Shown piece after piece: positions 15,894-24,200 of a stretch of 64,000 bases of DNA. The DNA comes from a virus. The position numbers and the translations under genes are program-made. The DNA is taken from the IMG/VR virus record IMGVR_UViG_3300022074_000004. One strand, written 5' to 3'. The notes beneath the pieces were generated by a model. It was not told the DNA's origin. It made no database searches and was given only the letters and a program-made list of their open reading frames with translations. Within the stretch, counting starts at the first letter, position 1. Each line of letters begins with the position of its first letter.

Positions 15894-15936
15894 AACCACA
15901 TATAAAAGTGTCACAGTGCCACTTCATAAACTGTCA
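15894..15936. promoter_or_regulatory. tandem palindrome pair 3
   Basis: AACCACAT-ATAA-AAGTGTCA-cag-TGCCACTT-CATA-AACTGTCA; largely an inverted copy of pair 2. Confidence 0.8.
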
Positions 15937-15951
15937 CATATCTTATAGGTA

Positions 15952-16017
15952 TTTTATGGCAGGAGAGCTTACGAACTTTATCGTCTACAGGGCGACCCAG
16001 CCCCTCCTCTGATTTGA
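15952..16017. ncRNA. structured element E3
   Basis: matches E1 at 45/66 positions ungapped, with two compensatory pairs. Confidence 0.6.
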
Positions 16018-16179
16018 ACCAATCATATCAGACCCAGCTGCGCTGTCTGTATCGTGTGATACCATTTTGGAAATATGTCGAAATGTGAATTTTCAAACGT
16101 TTCCCACTAGCGTTTCGCTCTCGGTGTCGTAACCTATTGGCAAGCGGGCGCACTGAAGCCCGCGCAACCCCAAAGGACT

Positions 16180-17313
16180 ATGAACAGCTCAGCTCAAGCT
16201 AAGGCTCTCGAAAGCCTTCTGGCTCTTGATACCGGTCGCGCCGATCGCCCGGACGGCTTCCGCATGTCCGCAGCGGATCACAAGCTTTTCCGTGGATACG
16301 CTCGTGTTGTTGAGCCCGGCATGACCGACAGCGACATCCTGATGCACGCTGGTGCTGGCTTCAACGTTGAGACGCAGCCGGTGAGTTTTAAACTGCCCAG
16401 CGGTAGCTACTGCTCAACCCCTGACAGCATCGTGTGGTCTCGGGATGATCGGGACGATGAGACGGCTTTTCTGGGTACGTTCGGCAACCGTCGCGCCGTG
16501 ATCCAGCCTAGCGACTTCCTTTCCTACTTCCAACGCTTCGTACAACAGTCTGGCAAGCGTATCTCCCTAGATGTTGTGGGAACGCTTGACAATGGAAAGC
16601 AATTCTTTATGGGCTCGAAACTTACAGAAAATAACATCGAAGCTATTCTTGACAATCCTGAGCACCAACACGTTGGAATGCGTGTTAATGAGTTCTTCAA
16701 ACAAGAGGATCTATCGGACTATTGGTTAGTCGTTACCGATTTTTATGGCACTAGCAGAGCACCACAGGTGAATCTTTTGTGCAATCGCTTAGTCTGCACC
16801 AACGGAATGACTCGTCAAGTTAAAACTAAGTTGGCAGCATTAACACACCGCAAGGATCTAACCGGCGATAGTGTTGTTGAAGTATTGAACCAAGGGATTC
16901 GTGAGGCTTCAAACTATTGTAAGATCCAGGATTTGCTGACTGAAATGGAACTAACTCCAGAACAATTCAATAACGGTATTAAGAAGTTCTGCCGGGTTAA
17001 AACAGGAACTTTGGACACTGATCTTCCTTCCAAAGTAAAGGGTTTCCGGGAAACGTATCACGCTACAGATAAAGGTAAGATCGTAGGAATCGAGACTTAT
17101 AAGACATCTACAGGTACAGATAACGCCTGGAGAGCACTGAATGCAGTGACACAATATATCACCCACAAGCCATTAAAGAACCAAGACGCTGCATTGCGTT
17201 CATCAATCAATGGCACTCGTGCTAAAGAACCGAACGCTTATTTGCAGTTCCTGGCTGATAACCACGGGACGCCAGATCAGCAGGCTGAGTTGAGAGAACT
17301 CATCGCAGTCTGA
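16180..17313 (+). CDS. DUF932/DUF945-like phage/plasmid protein
   Basis: GTLDNGKQFF, RLVCTNGM, LTH, NAWRALNAVTQYITH motifs; AAGGA RBS. Confidence 0.75.
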   Translation: MNSSAQAKALESLLALDTGRADRPDGFRMSAADHKLFRGYARVVEPGMTDSDILMHAGAGFNVETQPVSFKLPSGSYCSTPDSIVWSRDDRDDETAFLGTFGNRRAVIQPSDFLSYFQRFVQQSGKRISLDVVGTLDNGKQFFMGSKLTENNIEAILDNPEHQHVGMRVNEFFKQEDLSDYWLVVTDFYGTSRAPQVNLLCNRLVCTNGMTRQVKTKLAALTHRKDLTGDSVVEVLNQGIREASNYCKIQDLLTEMELTPEQFNNGIKKFCRVKTGTLDTDLPSKVKGFRETYHATDKGKIVGIETYKTSTGTDNAWRALNAVTQYITHKPLKNQDAALRSSINGTRAKEPNAYLQFLADNHGTPDQQAELRELIAV

Positions 17314-17321
17314 TAACACTA

Positions 17322-17382
17322 AGGGAGGGCTAATCACCCTCCCTCACTATTAAGAATAGATAACGATCACTATCTATTCTTA
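17322..17382 (+). terminator. two perfect hairpins ending the early region
   Basis: AGGGAGGG/CCCTCCCT (8 bp) and TAAGAATAGATA/TATCTATTCTTA (12 bp); no clear U-tract. Confidence 0.5.
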
Positions 17383-17604
17383 TTAAATAACAATCGTTAA
17401 TTATCACATAGCAATCACTAATTATTAATAATAGACAGTGTTTTTATATTATTATTATTTTATTAAGCGCGGCCATGTTGAAAAAAGCAAACATCCCTAG
17501 GCTACAGAGGTGACAAAACGCGATAGATATAAAAAAACGCGAAAATTTTTTGCGGCCCAAAAAGGGTCTTCAAGGGGTCGCGGAGAAAAAAATAATGGGT
17601 GGTA

Positions 17605-17633
17605 TTGACGAGGATATATAAGTTTGTTATAAT
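17605..17633 (+). promoter_or_regulatory. sigma70-type promoter
   Basis: TTGACG-17-TATAAT with extended TG. Confidence 0.8.
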
Positions 17634-17656
17634 AATGAGGTAGTCATTCAGAGATT

Positions 17657-18436
17657 ATGTCTAAAGGATTTACGGTAAAAGCTGATGCAGAAGAGGTGGC
17701 CCCACCAGAATTAGAATGGGACTACGCTGCAATCAAAGAAAGTATGAGAGGGAAGACGATTGTTTTTTGCCTTCCAGGCAGGGGAGTCTCGTATACATTT
17801 CTCAAAAATTTTGTACAATTATGTTTTGACATGGTGCAGAATGGCATGAGCATTCAGATCAGTCAAGATTATAGTTCCATGGTAAATTTCGCCCGTTGCA
17901 AATGTTTGGGTGCCAATGTATTGAGGGGACCCGATCAGGAGCCATGGGATGGTAAGTTAGATTATGATTATCAGTTGTGGATTGACAGTGATATTGTATT
18001 CAACTCCGAGAAATTCTGGCAGTTATGTGCATTAGCAGAACCTGAGAACGGCAAGGAGAATGCCATCACCTGCGGGTGGTATTGTACAGAAGATGGCAAG
18101 ACATCAAGTGTTGCACATTGGATGGACGAGGATGGTTTCAAAGATAACGGTGGTGTAATGAATCACGAAACTCTGACTAGTCTTGATGGACGCACAGAGC
18201 CATTCACTGTAGATTATGCAGGATTTGGATGGATGCTAATTCGCAAAGGGGTCTTTGAGGACAAGGAACTGAAGTATCCGTGGTTTGCACCAAAGATGCA
18301 AATTTTTGAAAGTGGACAAGTACAGGACATGTGTGGCGAGGATGTCAGCTTCTGTCTAGATGCAAAGGAAGCAGGATTTAGTATTCTCTGCGATCCACGC
18401 ATTCGTGTCGGACATGAAAAGAATCGTATTATTTGA
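17657..18436 (+). CDS. GT-A fold glycosyltransferase-like protein
   Basis: LWIDSD (DxD), GFGWMLI, YPWF, GEDVSFC, RVGH. Confidence 0.8.
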   Translation: MSKGFTVKADAEEVAPPELEWDYAAIKESMRGKTIVFCLPGRGVSYTFLKNFVQLCFDMVQNGMSIQISQDYSSMVNFARCKCLGANVLRGPDQEPWDGKLDYDYQLWIDSDIVFNSEKFWQLCALAEPENGKENAITCGWYCTEDGKTSSVAHWMDEDGFKDNGGVMNHETLTSLDGRTEPFTVDYAGFGWMLIRKGVFEDKELKYPWFAPKMQIFESGQVQDMCGEDVSFCLDAKEAGFSILCDPRIRVGHEKNRII

Positions 18437-18447
18437 GGTAAAGATTT

Positions 18448-18588
18448 ATGGCAATGCGAAGTAAGACTGGCGATCTCATTGAAAGCCGTCCAAAGAACAC
18501 AAGGCAAGGTTCTGGAAAGCACACAAAGTATGCCGCCAGTTCACGCAATAAAGCTCGAAAGCGTTATCGTGGTCAGGGAAAGGGCTGA
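18448..18588 (+). CDS. 46-aa basic protein (absent from ORF track)
   Basis: GAGG RBS; K/R-rich, ends RKRYRGQGKG. Confidence 0.75.
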   Translation: MAMRSKTGDLIESRPKNTRQGSGKHTKYAASSRNKARKRYRGQGKG

Positions 18589-18595
18589 GATTTAT

Positions 18596-18627
18596 GAGAG
18601 TGTCTTTATGGGGCGCTCTCTTTTTTT
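18596..18627 (+). terminator. rho-independent terminator
   Basis: GAGAGTGTC...GGCGCTCTC + T7. Confidence 0.8.
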
Positions 18628-18679
18628 ATATCTTATGTCGTAACGCGGCTCTTAGAGGGTGCGAAAAAAGCTCTTAAAA

Positions 18680-18686
18680 ATAAATA
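18680..18686 (+). promoter_or_regulatory. T4-type late promoter
   Basis: ATAAATA at the head of the baseplate operon. Confidence 0.7.
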
Positions 18687-18746
18687 GATCAGGGATAGCA
18701 ACACCCGTAAAACGTTCTGTTAGTACACATTTATTAGGAGACAATT

Positions 18747-18884
18747 ATGGGCAATTCACCAGTAGACAAAAGTAAAGATTTTATTAAATCAGGAATGACA
18801 CTGATTACTGAGATCAGTAGCGATAAATATATGAAGACAAAAAAAGATGAAAAAAAGGCAATAAATAAAAAAGAAGAATCATAA
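18747..18884 (+). CDS. 45-aa hypothetical protein (absent from ORF track)
   Basis: AGGAG RBS; MGNSPVDKSK...SGMTLITE. Confidence 0.7.
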   Translation: MGNSPVDKSKDFIKSGMTLITEISSDKYMKTKKDEKKAINKKEES

Positions 18885-18890
18885 ATTTAG

Positions 18891-19298
18891 ATGCCTTTAG
18901 AGAGAGTTAGTAAAGCGTTTAAGGATATTAGTTTATCTTTTTCAAGAAACCCTTTAACTGGCGATATATTTCCACTTAAGAATGAGACTGCTATTGCAAG
19001 ATCTGTTCGAAATATTGTATACACTCAATTTGGTGAGAAATTTTTTAATGTTCCATTTGGATCAGATATTACAAATTCATTGTTTGAAAATTTAGATTCT
19101 ATTAGTGCTGGTGTCATAGAAGATAGAATTAGAGTTTCGATTAGAGATTATGAGCCAAGAGTTAGATTGATTAGAGTTAATGTACGTCCTAATTTTGATA
19201 ACAATGAATTTAATGTAACAATAGTATATGAAATTATTGGGATTGATATTAACTCACAGGTACAGGAAATAGAATTTATTTTACAGCCAACGAGATAA
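18891..19298 (+). CDS. gp25: baseplate wedge subunit
   Basis: KDISLSF, AIARSVRNIV, GEKFF, YEPRV; synteny. Confidence 0.9.
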   Translation: MPLERVSKAFKDISLSFSRNPLTGDIFPLKNETAIARSVRNIVYTQFGEKFFNVPFGSDITNSLFENLDSISAGVIEDRIRVSIRDYEPRVRLIRVNVRPNFDNNEFNVTIVYEIIGIDINSQVQEIEFILQPTR

Positions 19299-19301
19299 CA
19301 A

Positions 19302-21224
19302 ATGTCACTTATTAATTTCACCTCTTTAGATTTTGAGCAGATCAAAAATCTTCTCAAGGAATATTTAAAAGCAAAATCAGATTTTACTGATTTTGACTTT
19401 GAGGGTTCAAACTTATCTACGATGCTTGATGTATTATCATATAATACGTACATCACATCGTACAATGCCAATATGGTGGCAAATGAAGTTTTTATTGATA
19501 GTGCGACATTAAGAGAGAATGTTGTATCACTCGCAAAAAATATTGGATATCTACCAAGATCAAGAAAAGCATCAAAAGCTGTAATATCATTTACAGTTGA
19601 TGCCGAAGATATCAGTCCACCACCTTCAACACTTACTTTAAAGAAGGGACCTGTTGCAATTTCATCAGCCGGAATATCAGGTCAATCATTTGTATATTCA
19701 ATTGTAGATGATATCACAGTTCCTGTTGTAAATGGGATTGCAAGATTTGATAACATTACAATATATGAGGGGAGTTTATTAAGAAAAACTTATACATATT
19801 CTGCAAGAAGTGTACAGCAAAGATTTTTACTACCAAATGTTGGTGTTGACACAGATTTAATTAGTGTCAAGGTTTCTACAAGTAGTGAATCAACAGCTAG
19901 TACAACTTATCGAGCATACGTCGATATTTTAAATCTAAAAGATTCAAATGTTTTTTATATTCAAGAAGCTGCAAATGAGCAGTATGAAATCTTTTTTGGA
20001 GATGGAGTTTTTGGAAATAAATTAGAAGAAGGTAATTTTATTGATATTAACTATATCATATCACACGGATCAGATGCAAATGGTATAGGTTCATTTTCAT
20101 TTACTGGAAGTTTATATTATATTAGAAATGGTCAAGAATATAACGCAACTCAGGGAATATCACTCATATCAGCAGCTGGGCAATCATTTGGTGGGGACTC
20201 AATTGAATCGATAGAATCTGTTCGTAAGTATGCACCGAAGATATATGGAACACAAAATCGTGCAGTAACTGCTCAGGACTATGAGGTTTTAATTCCAAAT
20301 AAGATTTATCCAAATACGGAATCAATATCAGTATTTGGTGGAGAAGAAGTAGTACCTCCACAATATGGTAAGGTCTTTATCAGTATCAAACCAAGAACTG
20401 GTGATTTCTTATCAAACTTAGCAAAACAAGAGATCAAACAAAAGCTAAAGAAATTTGCAGTTGCTGGTATCGTCCCAGAAATACTTGACCTGAAGTATCT
20501 TTATATTGAAGTTGATTCAAAAATATATTATAACTCAAGTAAAGGTGATAAATTAGAGATATCAACAATTGTACAAAATAATGTTGAAAAGTATTCTGGA
20601 TCGTCTGAATTAAATAGATATGGATCTAGATTTAAGTATAGTAAATTCCTTAATATTATTGATAATAGCCATGAGGCAATTACATCAAACATCACAACAC
20701 TTCATATTAGAAGAGATCTCAGACCTGTACTGAATAGCTTGGCAGAGTATGCGATTGGATTTGGTAATGAGTTCTATGTTAAGTCAACTGATGGATTTAA
20801 TTTAAAAACATCGGGATTTAAAGTAGAAGGAATTTCATCAATGGTTTATATTTCAGATCTACCAGATCCAGATCAAAAATCAGGATCATTATTCTTATTT
20901 ACAGTTCCTTCAGACAACTCTCAAACTCCAACAGTAGTAAGAAGAAATGTTGGAAGAATAAATTATGAAAGTGGGGTAATAATATTAAATCCAATTAATA
21001 TAAGTTCTGCTAAACGTAGGAATGGTCAACCAGTAATTGAGATGTCTATATGCCCAATCTCGAATGATGTCATCGGATTACAAGATCTTTATTTGCAACT
21101 AGATATTAATAACAGTTTATTTGATACTATCATCGACAATATTGCATCCGGTCTTGATCCATCAGCATCTAACTATGTTGTATCATCAAGTTATGCTTCA
21201 GATAGCTTAGTTCGTCCATCCTAA
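19302..21224 (+). CDS. gp6: baseplate wedge subunit
   Basis: LDFEQIK, DFDFEGSNLS, QNRAVTAQDY, PPQYGKVFISIKP. Confidence 0.95.
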   Translation: MSLINFTSLDFEQIKNLLKEYLKAKSDFTDFDFEGSNLSTMLDVLSYNTYITSYNANMVANEVFIDSATLRENVVSLAKNIGYLPRSRKASKAVISFTVDAEDISPPPSTLTLKKGPVAISSAGISGQSFVYSIVDDITVPVVNGIARFDNITIYEGSLLRKTYTYSARSVQQRFLLPNVGVDTDLISVKVSTSSESTASTTYRAYVDILNLKDSNVFYIQEAANEQYEIFFGDGVFGNKLEEGNFIDINYIISHGSDANGIGSFSFTGSLYYIRNGQEYNATQGISLISAAGQSFGGDSIESIESVRKYAPKIYGTQNRAVTAQDYEVLIPNKIYPNTESISVFGGEEVVPPQYGKVFISIKPRTGDFLSNLAKQEIKQKLKKFAVAGIVPEILDLKYLYIEVDSKIYYNSSKGDKLEISTIVQNNVEKYSGSSELNRYGSRFKYSKFLNIIDNSHEAITSNITTLHIRRDLRPVLNSLAEYAIGFGNEFYVKSTDGFNLKTSGFKVEGISSMVYISDLPDPDQKSGSLFLFTVPSDNSQTPTVVRRNVGRINYESGVIILNPINISSAKRRNGQPVIEMSICPISNDVIGLQDLYLQLDINNSLFDTIIDNIASGLDPSASNYVVSSSYASDSLVRPS

Positions 21225-21242
21225 TAGAGTATAAGTAGAAAC

Positions 21243-24200
21243 ATGTCCGAAAGAATTCAGGTCAGTCAGGTTTTAAAAAGTCAGATCCCAAACTATGTTC
21301 GTGAAGAATATCCACAGTTTGAGAAATTTTTACAGCAATATTATATTGGACAGGAATATCCTGGTGGACCTATTGATTTGATAGAAAATATTGACAAGTA
21401 TGTTAAGATTGATTCACTATCAAATATAAATGATTCTGCTGTTTTGGCAACAGACATTTCATTTTCGAGTAGAATTATTAGAGTAGACTCGTCATTATCC
21501 CCACAAGGAACATCTGGATTTCCAGATTCTTACGGCCTACTTAAGATTGGTGATGAAGTCATCACATATAAGAACAAAACTGAGTTTTCATTTACTGGAT
21601 GTATTAGAGGATTTAGTGGAGTAACTAATTACAGAAATGAAGATAACTTGGGAGAGTTGACTTTTGAGAGTACTAAGATTGAAAAGCATAAGTCTGGTGC
21701 AACTATCCATAATCTGAGTGCTCTTTTCTTAAAGGAAATGTTTACGAAATTGAAGTATCAATTTCTTCCTGGATTGGAGAATAAAAAATTTGCTGGTTCT
21801 GTTGATGAGAACCTGTTTCTTCAGAAGAGTAGAGATTTTTATTCTGTTAAGGGAACACGTACAGGATTTGATCTGCTGTTTAAATTATTATACGGAGAAG
21901 AAATTGATATCATAAGTCCCAAGAACTATCTTTTTACTCCATCAAATTCAGACTTTGAAAAGTATGATGAGATGGTATTGGAAATCATTTCAGGAAATCC
22001 GGAAGATTTACTTTTATCTACACTTAGTCAAGAAGAGTATAAGGATATTATTGAAGAAGCATATGCTCCAATCACTGATGTTGAAAAACTTGATGATCCA
22101 GATAGTGATGGGAAGTATTATAAAGTCAAATTAGATTCCGGCTCTGGGGTAAATAGGGACAGTGGAGTTAAGGGCTCTATATCAGGAAGCTTTACAGTAC
22201 ACGCAAAAACTAGAGTTATAGGTGATGTTGAAATAGGAGCATCAATTATAACAGTTGATTCAACTGTAGGGTTCTCAAATGAAGGAGAACTGTATGTAAG
22301 GTATGCAGATCAGACATTTGGAGTTGTTTCATATACATCAAAATCATTCAATCAGTTCTTTGGTTGTTCAAATATAATCAATAATATCTTGGATGGATAT
22401 GGCGTTAGTGTTAACACCTTTGCATATGCTACTTCTGGTGATAATATCGTAAAAGTTAGAGTAAATTCTATACCATCTAGCGTTCAGTATAGCGATGATA
22501 GTTATGGATATCATAAAAATCTTCCCGTAACATTTAAAAATTTAGGCTATACTAGCGATTCTTACAAAAGTGATGGGTGGTTATACAATACTGGACCATG
22601 TTATGATATAAACAGAACTAATTTGATCGATACATCAGATAACACGTATGAAATTGAGCTGAAAACTAAGAATTATTTGCAAATTGACGACTCTGTTAAC
22701 ATCATATCTAGCAATCAGTCTAAAAAATTCGCCAGTGTTATTGATTTAATATCAGAAAATACCATATTGGTTCGCTGTGAGGGGCCAATTTTAGAAAATG
22801 ATCTGAAAGTAGAGAGGAATATCTTAAAATCTGAAGGGTCCATCATCACAAATGTGCAAAATGTCTATAAACACAACACTGAAGAGGAGTATTTGATTGC
22901 TTCGTCATCAATTCCTTCACTTTTGGACGAAAATAATGCAAAAAAAGTTACATTTTCAGGAACTTTCCTCCAAAATCAAGAAATATTGAAAATAAGTGAG
23001 TTCAAAGACCATGGATTTTACACTGGAGATGCGATTTTTTACAAACCAGAAGTAGAAATTCAAATCATTGAGGATGCTGACGAAAATGAAGAAGGTTTTA
23101 CTGAGACTGAGGTGATAAAATCTTCATTATTTGATGAAGGTCTATATTTTATCAAAAGAATATCACCAACTGAAGTTAAATTTGCGTTAAGTTTGTCAAA
23201 TATTGAAAAATCTCAATATATTTCTCCAAAAATTAACACAATTGTTGAAAATAATACTTTAGAGCCATATAAATTTAAAGGAAAAGAAATTAGAAGCCAA
23301 AATTTAGTCAGAAAACTAAAAAATCCGCAAAAAACTTCTGAAAAATCAAAAACAATTCCAGGATTTACTGGAATTATGATAAATGGAACAGAAATTTTAA
23401 ATTATAAGTCATCTGATAGAGTAAAATATGGAAAAATTGAAAAAATTGATGTAATTTCTAAAGGATATGATTACGATGTCATAAATCCACCAAATTTGAC
23501 TATTTCTGATAGTTCTGGACAAGGTGCAGAGGCATATGTTGACGTTTCTGGAGTTTTGCAAGAGCTTAGAATTGTAGATTCTGGATTTGACTATCAAAAA
23601 CCACCTATTTTGACAATAACAGGGGGAAATGGAGAAGGTGCAGAGGTTTCTCCAACAATGTCCGGAATAATTCATTCTGTAGAATTCAATTCTCTATCAA
23701 TTTCAACAGTTGATGACACAATTAAATTTACAGTAAATCATAAATTGAAAACTGGAGAAAGTGTTGTCTATAAAACTAACAATCAACAGTCAATTGGTGG
23801 TATTGTTGATGGATCCGAGTATTTCGTATCTGTAGTTGATAGTAAAACTATTTCTTTACATGAAACACAAAGTGATTCTGTTTCTGCAGCTAATAAAATT
23901 AGTTTTACTTCTCTTGGGGTTGGAAATCATATTATTGAGGCCACTGAAACCAAAAGTGTTGTGGCATCACTCAATGTAGTAAATTCTGGGTTAAATTATC
24001 AAAATAAAAAGAGAATATTGAAAGAAGAAAATATAAATTTACAAAAAGATTGTTTTTATATTAAAAATCATAGGTATGAATCTGGAGAACTCATAAAATA
24101 TTACTCAACAACTGGAACAGCCATAGGTGGACTAGAAATTGGCAAGGAATATGTAGTAACAAAGATAAGTGACGATGAATTTAGCATTTCTCAAGTTGGG

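Noticed and set aside
14652-16017. E elements as tRNAs or hammerhead/HDV ribozymes
   Set aside because: No T-loop GTTCRA or cloverleaf, no CTGANGA/GAAA core, and I could not build the HDV nested pseudoknot by eye
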